Source: Takakia lepidozioides (Eukaryota; Plantae; Bryophyta). From it: a stretch of DNA of 64,000 bases. Of the stretch, positions 13,431 to 26,924 are shown piece by piece. The stretch lies in assembly GCA_030704615.1 (NCBI GenBank), contig CM060731.1:55056001-55120000 (forward strand), read 5' to 3'. How positions within the stretch are numbered: the stretch's first letter is position 1; each line of letters begins with the position of its first letter. The notes below the pieces were generated by a model. That model did not search any database, was not told the DNA's origin, and saw only the letters and a program-made list of their open reading frames with translations. The translations under genes and the position numbers were made by a program.

Positions 13431-13580
13431 GCCCCACAACTGCTTCTGTTGGATCTCAGTTTGAATGGAATATTGCCTCATTCCAGGAGTTTTGGGGTGC
13501 ATTTCATTACACTGCAAAAAAAAGTCTGATACATGAAAATGCAATTGAAAATATCCATATGGAGGATTCCCTTTGCCCCA

Positions 13581-16500
13581 TCAATGATTTCTGGAATCCC
13601 TAAGGAGGAGTTTGTGCAGCTCGTTCACGCTCAACGCCGGTGCATGAATAAAGTCATCAATAGTCACGTTCATCCTCAACCTCTTGAGGTAAATGTAATA
13701 CAGATGCTTGCACGGATAATACTTTGAACCCTTCTTTGCTTCCATCAACGAGAAGTCCGTACAATTGCAAGTCGGCTCCACTCCAATTGTAATTGTGTAT
13801 ACATCGTCGCGTACAGTTGAGCCGGCCGTTGCCATCCGATAAACACGCCCAAGGCCGGTTGGAGGTACGTCCACGGAGCTCTGAATAGTGCAAGCCATCC
13901 CAAGAGCATTGGCAATCCGAGTCTCATTCAACTTGTTGGGAGGGTGTCGTCTCTTCACTCTCCCGAATCGCATTGTGGGATGTGCAGAATTGTCCAATCC
14001 GTCTCTACTAGACTAAGCAGTTTGCAATGGCTGGGATCAGGAACTGGAAATGCGTGGGCCGGGACGTCTGTGCGTTGCACCATTCGAAATCCTGCTGCAG
14101 ATAGAGTATCCGCCTCATTCTGAGAGAGGCTGCAACCCGGTGCAACAGGCCAGACGCCCGGAGGCTCCGGCATTCCCTGAATCCCGTACTTGGGCTTGCC
14201 AAATACACAGGTCATTATGTCGTGCCTACAGAACCAAAACGTCTGCGTTGTGGCGTGAGCAAATGTGGGAGTCAAAAATCTGCCGCTGAAACAAGGTGTA
14301 GGTACAGCACCGTGTGGGTTCCTTTGAATCATCTCACCACATCGTGCTCTCGTATCCACCCGAATGGCGCAGCACTTCCCTCGAAATGTCGGCAATGTCC
14401 TTGCAATTCTCCACTGTGACTCCGACACTCTTGTCTCCACAATGGGTATGTTGTACTGCGTTACCACAGATGGCTTGTTATGTTCCTCGGGCACGTGCCC
14501 TGTGCTCAAAGGAGATGGCGATCTTGAACGTGCAGGACTTGCGGTGCTCGACGAGACCTCCTCGGGCAACATCACGGGACCACGAGGGAGCGTGCGAATA
14601 TTCTTGTCAGCTTGCCATGAATCCTCTTCCCCGTCAGGTGCCTCGTCAAGTCTTCGTCTCACTAGATGGGTATGAACATCTCCTTCCAAATGTTGGCCTC
14701 TTCGAAGCAATGGCGTGTCCTGAAGGCCCTCTCGCAAGGCCGCCGCCCACTTCCGAGGATTCTTCGATCTGGAGGCAGTCCGTATCAGCATTTCCTGCCT
14801 GTCCGGCCCCAAGCCCCATTGTTTCCCTTTTAAGAACTCGTTGTACCTGCATTGCTGCATAATTGACCTCACAATGTTCTCCGTTGTGGCAGTGAGGATG
14901 TCCACCAGATGCGCTGCAGAGGAGGCACGCCAGGATGAATGCACTGATTCGGCCATGTTTGTCGTGGGCATGTCGGTGTCGGTGTCGAGACACATTTCCT
15001 GCACAAGCACATGTTGAGGTTACAAGCAAGTTACAAATAATGCCAAGAATAATATTCAACGGGACGCGAATTCGTGCAACTCACCTCCCGCATATAGTCG
15101 CCGAACTAGAGGAAACGATAATGCCACCATGCTAGCCAACTGATCATTGCTCCCTCGTCTGATTTCCTTACAGCACCTGACGATGTCCACCAAGCCCGTA
15201 TACATGCAAACTGTGTCTCTACATCATCCAAGGTGGGAGCGCGCTTCCACGCAAGACACATGGAACGGTGCTCCTCTCTGAAATCTGGCGCCACGAGCCT
15301 GGTTGTGTACTGCGAAAGGCTCTACAGAAAATGCAACCCACCAGATCTCTCCTTGCCTTCCATGGGAACATTGGGGTCTTGCCCGTACACCCTTCGGATG
15401 GCAGCCCAATTTTCTTGTGCGTTGTCCGCCATGAAACCACGGAAATTGGGAGGGGGCAATCCCGCCTTGGCCATCTGTTCGTTTCTTCCCTGCCAAATAA
15501 GCATCTCCGATTGTGTGTCATCTCCTTTCATCTCACAAATAGCAATTGTCATTAGCACCCTGCAATGGGTGTCATAGACATGTGCACCCATTGTCACCCA
15601 CTGGTGATTTGTAATTCGCTTGATATGGTCGAACATGACCCAACTGTTTGACAAGTCCCCACTCGTCATCCTGTCGACCAGTTCGACGCCGCTGCCAGGT
15701 CCACACGTGGACATTTTGAATACGAAACAACGATCTGCCCCAGTCCCTTGTCCTGGAAACCTACTTCCATGAATGTAGTCATATCCATCGTCGCTTCACC
15801 TCCAGAATGGTGTGCATATCCGAGCCACGCCCAATTTTCTATTTGCATGAGACAATGTGGTTTCGGACATTCGGTGAAGATACGTGGGACACCGACTCCA
15901 GCAATGCCTCCATTTCCTTCTCATCGAGAGGAACTCTATCGGAGCCGTCTTCCGACATAATTCTGGCCAAGGCCATCTTATGGGCGGCTTGGAGCTGTAT
16001 CTGTTTGGGTTTGGCACCCGGTCTCAACTTAACCTCCTTCTGAACGAGCTGCTCTGCCTCATGGGCAGCCTCCCGCGAGTTCCCCCTCGCCAATTTGTGA
16101 CAATGGGAACCAACGTGTATGCAAGCTCGGGTGAGGTCAGGGAAACGGTACAACACATAGAATTGTTTGGCATTACAAACAGACATGCAGTGTGGTGGTT
16201 CTTTGCAATGCGCACACTTAAATGTGGAGTTCGGAACCTTCTCCTGAGCACGAAATGGTTGATGAGCTGTGCCTCTCCAATCGGTCTCGTTCCTGTGACC
16301 TCTGGATTTAAAATGGAAGCAAGTTGGGGAGAAACACCGCAACGCACCCGCACAAACAACGTAGCGCACCCGCACACTATCGAGCATCTTCATGTTGGTG
16401 GTTTTGGTGACGCACCAAGGATGACCATCATGTTTTCTATCCATATCTGTCAATATTCCGGACGCCCTTGAGTAGTCCGTCCGAGGAGGGAACTCAAAGA

Positions 16501-16597
16501 AGATATTACCGTCGACGTCTGCGGGAAGGCATGTAACCGATTTAATTGCGAACTTGCTGTAGTCCAGCCCAGCCAGCTCCGAGCGGTGTCCCTCCAT
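13581..16597 (-). pseudogene. Mutator-like (MULE) transposase: GCM-like Zn domain + DDE core + SWIM finger; decayed, with one intron (14999-15084)
   Basis: N-terminal domain: GHPWCVTKTTN..CAGALRC..CAHC..C..IHVGSHCH. Catalytic region: WVMFDHIKR, FRGFMADNAQENW, LHF and TTNMAESVH. C-terminus: TCNCTDF..PCKHLYY. There are in-frame TAG stops and frameshifts. A GTGAGT...TGCAG intron joins DYMRE to EMCLD in frame. Confidence 0.8.
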
Positions 16598-17419
16598 GTG
16601 AAGCCCTTGCAGAATTTCAAGAATAGATCAAACTGCGGTGCTCGTGCTGGGAATATGACTCCCTCGTCCACTGACGTCCATTGAGGACTTGCCTGATCTC
16701 CAGGACAACCTCGGAACTTCCATGACCTCGTCTGAGTCGGACAGGTTGTGAACAACCCGGTTCTCGCTCGTCTTCATGGATGGGTTCGGCTCTGGATTTA
16801 CTTCGTTGCGGACTTCTCTCTTTGAGGTAGCCACTCTCTGATTCGCGGATTGTTTCGTGGAAGGCGCCAGGATAGAAAGTGCATTTGGCGGGCAAATGAA
16901 GTCCCCAACAGCCCTGTATATGACGTTGTCCGATGGTGGAACTCGCCATTCCCTGCCATCGCCGAAATCATCGTGGAGCACAACAATACTCTCGACAACA
17001 ACGTCGTTTGAGTCCTTCCTTTCCTCCTCCAAAAAAACCAACCCCGGTTTCAGGTGGCATCGAACGCACAGATATTTCTCCATCACCCGGCAGATGTCCC
17101 CTCTGCACGGAAATGAAGCTCTATTCTCGTGAGGAGGGCAGTACACTATAGCGCTCGGGTTTTCCGCCATGGGAGATGTGCACACAAGACTCCCAGGATG
17201 GCGTGCGGGCAAGCTCCCTGGTAGTAGGGGGATGCGGCGATGGGAAGGAATGCGGTGCCGATTTGTCCGAGCGACGAAGCCTGATCCAAATCCAGGGAGC
17301 CAACTATCTCAAAAATCCACAGTCAGAGTGTTAATGAACCTTGTCTTAGGAATGCGGCCCTTGGTCTTTGCGCAATAACTGCCAATGGTATGCAGCCAGA
17401 AAGTGGGGGGCCGTCCGGA

Positions 17420-19500
17420 TGATGTCAGCTGAAGGGGAGAAGCCGGCACCGTGCCGTCACATTACTACCCCCGGATGAAAATTCGGCACCGAATATCCAG
17501 CAGGGGCCGCACGAATGAAGTCGCCTCGGGCAGAGAGGCCGGAACCTGTCCGACATAAAACAACCCCCGGATGGAAATTCAGCGCCGAATTTCCATTTGG
17601 ATCCCCCCAAAGGAAGTCGTGTCGGGGGGTCAGGCCAAAAACTGTCCGACATAAAAACCTCCCCGGATGGAAAACGGCGCCGAATTTCCATCTGAGGCCG
17701 TTCGGATGCAGTCGGGGAGGGGGAGAGGCCGGCATGGCCCTCACATTACAACCCCGGACGGAAATTCGGCACCGAATATCCAACAGGGGAAGCCCGGATG
17801 AAGTCGCCTCGGGCGTAGAGGCCGGCGCCGTGTTCGACAGAGAGCATCCCCTGGATGGAGATTCGGCGCCGAATTTCCATCCGGGGCCCACCAAACGAAG
17901 TCATGTCGGGGGGCAGGCCGAAAACTGGCCGACATAAAAACCTCCCAAGATGGGAAACGGCGCCGAATTTCCATCCGGGGCCGTTCGGATGCAGTCGGGG
18001 AGGGGGAGAGGCCGGCACGTGGCCGTCCACATTTCAACCCCCGGACGGAAATTCGGCACAGAATATCGAGCAGGGTGACGCCCGGACGAAGTCGCCTCGG
18101 GCGTAGAGGCCGGCATCTGTCCGATAGAGACCATCCCCCGGATGGAAATTCGTCACCGAATTTCCATCCGGGCCTCCTCAAAGGAAGTCCGTCGGTGGTG
18201 AGGCCCAAAACTGGACGATATAAAAACTCCCAGGATGGAAAACGGCGCCGAATTTCCGTGCGGGGCGGTTCGGATGCAGTCGGGGGGGGGAGAGGCCGGC
18301 ACCTGGCCGTCACATTCAACCCCGGACGGAAATTCGGCGGCACCGAATATCCAATAGGGTAGACTCCAGGACGAAGTCGCCTGGCAGTAGAGGCCGGGGC
18401 ACTGCGGAACCTGTCCGACAGATACCATCCCCCGGATCGAAATTCGCCGCCGAAATTCATCCGGGCCCCCTTAAAGGAAGTCCGGTCGGGTGGTGAGGGC
18501 CCAAAGCTGGACGATTATAAAAAACGAACAGGATGGAAAAACACGGCGCCGAATTTTCGTCCGAGACCACCGTTCGGATTTCCCTCTAGCAAGGATTCCA
18601 TGAAAAACGTGTCCAAAAGTGGACTTCAGCCACAAAACTAAAAGTTCTTTGTTTTTCTCCGAAAAAACAACCAAGCGGCCACGCTCAGAATTACCCTCCA
18701 GGAAGGTAATTCGGCGCTTCGACTTACCTGGCGAATGGAATTCGGCGCCGAATTTCCATCCCCCAGCGATCCGAGTAAACTTGCCGGATGGAAATTCGGC
18801 GCCGAATTTCCATCCATCAGGGCTTCGAATTACCTGCAGGATGGAAATTCGGCGCCAATTTCCATCCTGATCCGCTCCGAATTACCTGCAATGACGCAAA
18901 TTTTGGCGCCGCCTAAAGCCGGATGGAAATTAGGCGCCGGATTCCATCAATCCGCTCCGAATTACCTGCGTGGCGGAAATTTCGCGCCCCGCCCTACCCC
19001 GGCAGGATGGAAATCCGGCGCCGGATTCCATCCATCCCGAATACCTACGTGGCGGAAATTCCGCGCCGCCCACCCTGGCAGAATGGAAATCCGGCGCTGG
19101 ATTCCATCCATCCGCTCCGAATTACCTGCGGGCGGAAATTTCACGCCCCGCCCCTACCCGGCAAGATGGAAATCCGAACGCCGGATTTCCATCCATCATC
19201 CGTTCCGAAATTACTGCGTGCGGAAATTTCACGCCCCGCCCTACCCGGAGGATGAAATCCAGCGCCGGTTTCCATCAATCGCTCCGAATTACCATGCTTG
19301 GCGGAAATTCGCGCGCCGCCCTACCTGACAGGATGGAAATCCGGCGCCGGATTTCCATCCATCCGGCTCCGAATTACTGCGTGCGGCGGAAATTTCGCGC
19401 GCCGCCCTACCTGGCAGGATGGAAATTCGGCGCTGAATTTCCATCCGTGCTCTCCGAAGTACCGCATGAGGGAAATTTTGCGCACGCCCGTACCTGGGGA
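17420..19500. repeat. GC-rich tandem arrays upstream of the MULE transposase: ~300-bp units (17420-18560) and ~60-70-bp units (18690-19500)
   Basis: Recurring 20-bp palindrome gaaattcggcgccgaatttc and ggatggaaat/atttccatcc. The motif is shared with 13030-13430. Confidence 0.85.
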
Positions 19501-20477
19501 TGGGCATTAAATGTTCCACCGCCGTCCGTTTTAATTTGGGCTTGCGACACATGGCTTCCTCGATACGTTCCCTAAATCTGATGCTAATCTTGGATTAACT
19601 TCTATGCGAGGCATGTACCCCAAAAAACTGAGATCTTTTTCCATTTTGGCTGGGACTTATGCCGCCTGCGGTGTGGCTCTCCTGAGAGAGACCTCACATC
19701 CAGACGCGGCGGAAGTTGAAAGCTTTGTACTACGGACGACGGCCAAGCTCTCGCATGGCCAAACTTAAGCTCCAGCAGGAAAGATTCCAGTGTCTTGCTC
19801 ACAACCCGCACCAACTGAGCCAAGTACTCTCAGGCAAGCCACTTCTGCTTTCGCTTTGTTCGCTTTTGTTGTTAGATTGTTTTTGCATCTCTTCCTTGTT
19901 ATCGCTGGAAGCATGTCATTCTTAGGCATTGGTTGATTTGTTTTCATTGTTGTTCCATGGCACTCCATACTTCCTAAACTTGTTTTGTTTTCATTGTTGT
20001 TCCACGATTGTTGCTATGGTGGTTGCGCTGCTCGTTGCCATTCTGGTTTTGGCACCGATGTTGGTTCTGACGATTTTTGGGAATGACAGAGTGACGACGA
20101 GCCCGGCACGCTGGTGGTATCATCGACCGCTCCAACTCATCGCATGTTTGAATCGCCCAACTTGGGGCGAGAGGGCAAACTTCAAACCTTTTGTTGTGGA
20201 CGGGAGGACCTGCAGCGAGGGTACGACAGAATAGGCATTGGGGAGGTGGTGGGTGCAGGCAGGTGGCAGGTGGAAGGGCGTGAGGACGTGAGGACAGCAG
20301 ATCCGGCAATGGAGGTTGTTGATGCACATGCAGTAGGGCCCGCCCACGCAAAGAAGAAGAAGAAAGCTAAGCACATGCAATCCCCGGCGAGAGAGCCGTC
20401 ACGGGCTGCGGAGGGGGGAGTGAGCAGTGCGCGCGCGAGGGTGTCAGTTCGCCTCAATCAAAGGTGGTCGTCCTAGA

Positions 20478-20977
20478 NNNNNNNNNNNNNNNNNNNNNNN
20501 NNNNNNNNNNNNNNNNNNNNNNNNNNNNNNNNNNNNNNNNNNNNNNNNNNNNNNNNNNNNNNNNNNNNNNNNNNNNNNNNNNNNNNNNNNNNNNNNNNNN
20601 NNNNNNNNNNNNNNNNNNNNNNNNNNNNNNNNNNNNNNNNNNNNNNNNNNNNNNNNNNNNNNNNNNNNNNNNNNNNNNNNNNNNNNNNNNNNNNNNNNNN
20701 NNNNNNNNNNNNNNNNNNNNNNNNNNNNNNNNNNNNNNNNNNNNNNNNNNNNNNNNNNNNNNNNNNNNNNNNNNNNNNNNNNNNNNNNNNNNNNNNNNNN
20801 NNNNNNNNNNNNNNNNNNNNNNNNNNNNNNNNNNNNNNNNNNNNNNNNNNNNNNNNNNNNNNNNNNNNNNNNNNNNNNNNNNNNNNNNNNNNNNNNNNNN
20901 NNNNNNNNNNNNNNNNNNNNNNNNNNNNNNNNNNNNNNNNNNNNNNNNNNNNNNNNNNNNNNNNNNNNNNNNNNNNN
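20478..20977. other. Assembly gap (500 N)
   Basis: Run of N. Confidence 1.
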
Positions 20978-22380
20978 GACAAGGAGCTCAGTGTCTACAC
21001 CAATTTTGTTGTTCAGCGGTTACACCAAGTTGTAAAATACAAACTTCCAGACATGGTAGGACAGCATTGTATGCCCCAGATGATTCCACAAAAAGTTCAA
21101 AAATTAAAACACCTGAGAGGCGATGAGGATTCTGATACAACTGTTTCTTCACCGAATTCTTTTGACATGGGAGAAGACTATGCAGTTCAGATGGCAGAGA
21201 AGAAGCGAAGGGGATCTCCTATGCCGGAAAGGTTACCTCGATATCAGCCTCCAGAGGGCCTCACTTATCCAGGTAGTGATCAACCATCTCCGTCAACCAG
21301 AGACAGACCTCGGGCTCGTACACACAGTCCGCCACGAAACTCTCAACGTCAAGAAGGTGCTCACTCACAAAGGTTTGCTAGTCAAAATCAGTAAACCGTG
21401 AGGACACGGCTTTTTGAGGGGGGAAGGGGTAAATGTTAGAGGACCGTCGGGGACTTAGACACTTATACGGGATCTGTAGGGTACCCTTAATTTTTGCACA
21501 GACTGAGACCAACAGGAGCCTTAGGGGTGACAGCAGCGCACTGTAGAGGGGGGTTACACAGCCCGTCACAGTCGTCACAGCCGACACAGCCAACACAGCC
21601 CGTCACAGTCGTCACAGCCAACACAGCCAACACAGCCCGTCACAGTCGTCACAGCAGACACAGCCGACACAGCCGACACAGCCCGGCACAGCCACACAGC
21701 TAGTCACAGCCCGTCACAGTTTCACACAGCCAGTCACAGCTTGACACAGCTGTCACGATCATAGGGAACGAAGAGTAGGACAGGGAACGACTGTGGGGAA
21801 CAACACCTGTGAAGGGAACATGTTAGTTCACAGACGACGGTTAGTGAGGGAAACGGTTAGAACCGCGGATAGGAAGATAAAGGGAGAAACAGGGAATTGA
21901 GGGACATCATTCGGAGGAGGACTTCTTGGTGATAGAGGAGATGGGATCGGGCAGAGATGAAGAACGGAAGTGAAGATAGAGAGATGATGAGTAGATGCTT
22001 GATATATGCAAGGTTGTAATGATATTGTAGAGGAGATTAGAGACACAATGGCTTCGGCCTGATACCTGATAAATCATAATCGGATACTTTTACGATACAA
22101 ACACACTGTGTAGAGAGATCTGAGTGAAGCTGTGGAATGAATGGATGAGTTGATGGAATCCAATAGATTGATAAAGCAAACTGATACTTAATTATCAATG
22201 GTAAGATAGTTAACATGAATACCAAAAGGGAAACAAATAGGAAACACCCCCATGATACACTAGCTGTAGGTCATGACTGATTGTTCTGCGCGGGCTGAGT
22301 ACTTAGAGGTTTCCAACTCTTCAATCTTGGAGTTTCCGCCTCGAATAGCGAAGGGATGGGTGAGTAAAAGCCGCGCGACA
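20978..22380 (+). mobile_element. Ty3/Gypsy family A 3' end: internal tail ORF, PPT (21416-21429) and 3' LTR (21434-22380)
   Basis: gagggggaagggg precedes TGTTAG...CGACA. Tail ORF 21053-21394 is homologous to 40461-40718. Confidence 0.85.
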
Positions 22381-25300
22381 CAAACCAAGGGCGAGGACCC
22401 AATGGTGAAGAACTATGTTACTATTGTAATCAGCCAGGACATCGCAAGGCAGCCTGTTCATTCTGGATAAGACACCAGAATGAGATGAGAGCTCCTGTGA
22501 ATGAGGGCCCAGTGGTGGCAGCTCACATGGTTAGGCCATGTGTTGTATCAGAAGTAAGTACAATGATAGTAACCAGAAGCAAAGCTAAATTAATACCTCC
22601 GGTAGTAGAGGAAGATGATGATAATGAAGGTGGCAGTGATATACCTGAAGATGATGGGGCTTGGAGAGAGGAGAAGGAACTACACAAGGAAGTGGCAGAT
22701 ACCATAAGGGAAATGCAGAAGAGTACTGATATTCCTGTGGCAGATTCCTCTGATTCTGATGAAGAAGAAGAAGTAAGGGAGGAGGAAAGGAAGAAAGAAG
22801 ATGCGGACATGAAAAGTAATGAAGAGACTTTGGCTGAAGTAATATGCCAGACCAAAGCAGAAATTACCATTGGACAGCTATTGGCTATGGCACCTTATTG
22901 TAGGCACAGGCTGTATCAAGCAATCAATCGAATTGCCCAGGAGACAGGAAAAACAGACCTGAACAGCAAGGTGACCAGTTATAATGTGAAGCCGGAAGGG
23001 CGAGAAACAGTCATGGACTTTGATGATTCTATGCCAGTAATCCAATTGAGAATTGGAAGCACAGAACTAACTGATGTACTGATAGATGGAGGTTCTGGAG
23101 TAAATATCATGACAGACCAATTGAGAAAGAAGCTTGGTCTAAGTAACATGAAACCAGCCCCATTTACAGTAACAATGGCAGATCAAAGAAGTGTACAGCC
23201 ATTGGGATTAATAAGAGGAGTTAAGATACAGATACAGAAGATGATCTTTATGAACACAGTAACTATGTTGAAGATGGATGAAGTCATGGAGGCTTACTCC
23301 TTATTATTGGGACGTCCGTGGCTGAAGCAGGCCAGGGTATTCCATGACTGGAATTCTCAATTACTAACCGTGCATAATGGGATACACGAGATACAAATTA
23401 CCACAAAGAAATCTAGTAGATTACCTGCTACGAGAAGACCTCGAGGAGTCAAAGAGTATGACTGGAGAGAAGGACTGGATGAGGAGCAGGAAGCTACCCT
23501 GTTTGCTGCACACCCAGAGTGGGAGCAAGTTGCAGAGATGCGGCTGGAAAGCCTAAGTTGTTTAAGAGGTATCTGCTGTGGTGTAGTGACAGCAACACCA
23601 ATTGAAGAGGAAACCAGCAGTTACCCATCACATTTCTATGAAGAAAGAGAAGGAGAAATGGAAATCCTAGAGGAACCAGCCACTGTGAGCTTACAGAATG
23701 AAGTGGTGACTGGTTGGACAATCACAGCTGATGAGCAGGTGAGGGAAGTGAATGTGGGAACTAAAGAGGAACCGAGGATGGTGAAAGTAGGAGCTGATTT
23801 GGAGCCAGAATTCTTTGAAGAAGCTAAGAGCTTGTTCAACAAATACAGAGATGTATTTGCTTGGAGCTATGAGGATCTAAAAGGGATACCACCTGAAGTC
23901 TGTCAGCATAAAATTGAACTGGAACCAGGGTCAGTACCAATCAAGCAGGCGAGGTACAGAATGAATCCCAACTACGCGCAGAAGGTTGGAGAAGAGATAA
24001 AGAAGTTGGCTGAGGCTAAGTTTATATACCCAATAGAGTACACAACTTGGTTGTCACCCATTGTTATAGTTCCCAAGAAGAATGGTAAACTAAGAGTATG
24101 TGTGAACTACAAGAAGCTGAATGCTTGTACAAAGAAAGATCCTTTTCCTTTGCCATTCACAGAAGCAGTATTGGACACTGTGGCAGGCCATGAGATGTAC
24201 TCATTCATGGATGGCTTCAGTGGTTATAATCAAGTGCAAGTGGCAGAAGGAGACCAAGGAAAAACAGCTTTCATCACAGACTGGGGTGCTTATGCATACA
24301 AAGTCATGCACTTTGGACTTTGTAATGCACCAGCGACCTTTCAGAGAGTGATAAGTGAATCTTTTCATGAGTATCTGGATGATTTCATGCAGGTATTCTT
24401 GGATGATTTCAGTGTGTACAGCTCTAAGAATGAGCACTTACATAAATTGGAGTTATGTCTGGCCAGATGCAGGATGAGAGGTCTGGGCCTGAATCCAGAG
24501 AAGTGTACTTTCTGTATGAACTCAGGGGTGTTTCTGGGACACATTGTGTGTAAGAAGGGACTTCTTGTGGATCCCAGGAAGACAGAGTCCATTAAAGCCT
24601 CTCCACCACCAGTGAATGTTAAGAGTTTAAGGAGATTCCTTGGGCAAACCAGTTATTACAGAAGATTTGTCAAAAGGTATGCACAAATAGCAGCACCATT
24701 GAGCAAGCTACTGAAGAAAGATGCAGTGTTTGCCTGGACAGCTGAATGTCAACAGGCGTTTGAGGAACTTACACTGTCAGTAACAACTACACCTATGCTG
24801 ATTAACCCTCACTGGCATGTAGTATTTCACGTTCACTGCGATGCATCAGGAGAAGCGTTGGGAGCGGTGTTAGCCCAGAATGTTACAAGAAATATAGATT
24901 CACCTGTGTACTATGCTAGCAGGTTGATGAACAGTGCTGAAAGGAACTATAGCACAACTGAAAGAGAAGCACTGGCAATGATTTATGCAGTCAAGAAATT
25001 CAGGCATTACCTATTGGGAGGAAAGTTTATGTTTTATGTGGATCACCAGGCTCTGATATATCTGGTGAACAAACCTTTGATAAGTGGAAGGATAGCGAGG
25101 TGGTTGATAATCTTGCATGAGTTTGAGTTCGAAGTTATTTACAAGCCTGGCCGTTTGCATCATGTGGCAGATCATTTGTCACGACTAACAACAGGAGAGG
25201 CTGCCACAGGAGTGGACGATCAGTTACCTGATGCGAGTTTATTTGTAATGGAGGTGCAAGGAAGTGCAGATGAATGGTTAGATTGGCAGTGGCCAATCAG

Positions 25301-26924
25301 ATACTACCTTACTCATGGTCAATGCCCACCTAGTTATGGTAAGGAGCAGAGGAAGAGAATCGCTATCAAGGCTTTACCTTATACTATGGTAGGAAGCAGA
25401 ATGTATAAGCTAGGACCTGATGGAGTACTAAAATGATGTTTGTACCACCATGAAGTAAATAAAGTTTTGGAGGAAGTTCATAAAGGAGTGGCTGGAGGTC
25501 ATTTTGGAGAAGAGACTACCAGTAGGAAGCTACTACTCGCAGGTTACTGGTGGCCTACTTTGTTCAAAGATGTACACGAGTATTGTCAGAGTTGTGATGA
25601 ATGTCAGAGGCTAGGACCTTTGCAGAGATCTGGAAGGATGGCCTTGCATCCTACAATGCCTACGGAACCATTTCAGAAATGGGGACTAGACTTTGTTGGA
25701 CCAATTAACCCACCATCCAAGAATACACGAAACAGGTACATAATTACAGCCGCTGATTATACTACAAAGTGGGTGGAAGCTAAAGCTTTGAGGGACAACA
25801 CAGCCAAGTCCACAGCAAGGTTCCTGTACGAGAACATACTTACACGATTTGGCTGTCCCTTAGAATTTATCAGTGATCAAGGAAGTCACTTCATGAATGA
25901 GACCATTGAGTTGTTGACTAAAGAGTTTATGATTGTGCATAGAAAGAGTACAACATATTACCCACAGGGTAATGGGCAGGCAGAGGCTACCAACAAAATA
26001 CTATGTACTATCTTGGCTAAGATAGTCAATGCAAACAGAATGGATTGGGATACGAAGCTGCTGACAGCTTTGTGGTCATACATGACTTCATATAAAGTCA
26101 CCACTAAGTATACACCATTCCAATTAGTTTATGGTATGGAAGCCTTACTTCCAGTGGAATTCCTGTTACCTACCATGAGAACGGAGTGGGGAAAGAGAAT
26201 GGAATTGCAAGACTCCATCAAGGTCAGGAAACATGAATTATACCATGTGGAAGAAGTACGTGCTGATGCAGCTGATAATATGACCAGAATTCAGATGAAG
26301 CGAAAGGAACAGTTTGATGAAGGCAAGTTAAAGACTTTTAAGATGGAGGATTTGGTTCTATGGTTGCAGAAGAAAGGAAAGATTCAAGCTTCTAAGCTTA
26401 AATCACCGTGGAAAGGACCTTATGTCATACAAAAGATGTATGATAACAACACCGCCATGTTACAAACCATTAACAAAGAAATGCTGGGAAGAGTCAATGC
26501 CAATAAGTTGAAGGGGTACAGTGGTATCCATGACAAACCATTGCAGCATGATTTGCATGTTGAAACGCAAGAGCAGTCACGGGCTGCACCAGTGTTACGA
26601 ACGAAGTATGGAGCACCTGTCGCTAGGCCGAGCATATATGACCAAGGCGGGCAAAACAAGCGTGACACAGCCTATCACAGCCCATCAAGGCGAAACACAG
26701 CCTATCACAGCCAATCACAACGTGACACAGCCTATCACAACCCATCACGACGTGACACAGCCTATCACAGCCCATCAAGGCGAAACATAGCCTATCACAG
26801 CCCAGCACGTGCAACACAGCCTATCACAACCTACCACAGCGTGTCACAGCCTATCACAGCTTATCATAGTGCATCACAGCCTGTCACAGCTCAACACAGC
26901 CTACTAGGGTTACACGATCCATAG
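22381..26924 (+). mobile_element. pol: Ty3/Gypsy gag C-terminus + pol (PR-RT-RNaseH-IN), with one in-frame stop at 25434-25436
   Basis: Zn knuckle CYYCNQPGHRKAAC just after 22381. Protease LIDGGSG. RT FMDGFSGYNQ and FLDDF. RNaseH HCDASG and YSTTEREAL. Integrase [31 protein letters not shown] and WKGPY. Domain order RT-RH-IN is Gypsy-type. Confidence 0.95.
26660..26900 (+). repeat. 30-bp tandem repeat (..cacagcctatcacagc..) at the end of pol
   Basis: About 8 units. The same cacagc motif occurs in the LTRs (11667-11820, 21558-21755, 40200-40330) and at 44670-44770. Confidence 0.85.

Noticed and set aside
17420-19575. Palindromic repeats as a CRISPR array, and the overlapping ORFs there as genes
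   Set aside because: The context is eukaryotic TE sequence. The inter-repeat sequence is itself repeated rather than unique spacers, and there are no cas genes. The ORFs arise from GC-rich repeats.
19602-20477. Minus-strand ORFs next to the gap
   Set aside because: They are fragmentary with no identifiable motif and are probably TE-derived.
20427-21126. ORFs spanning the X run
   Set aside because: Artefacts of the N gap.
11548-22380. LTRs at 11548 and 21434 as the two ends of one element
   Set aside because: They are visibly diverged, their flanks differ (tccac vs caaac), and a gap lies between them.
25434-25436. Programmed readthrough or RNA editing of the pol TGA
   Set aside because: The context K*CL fits a CGA>TGA deamination of a usual Arg. 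Similar C>T stops occur in the other TEs here.
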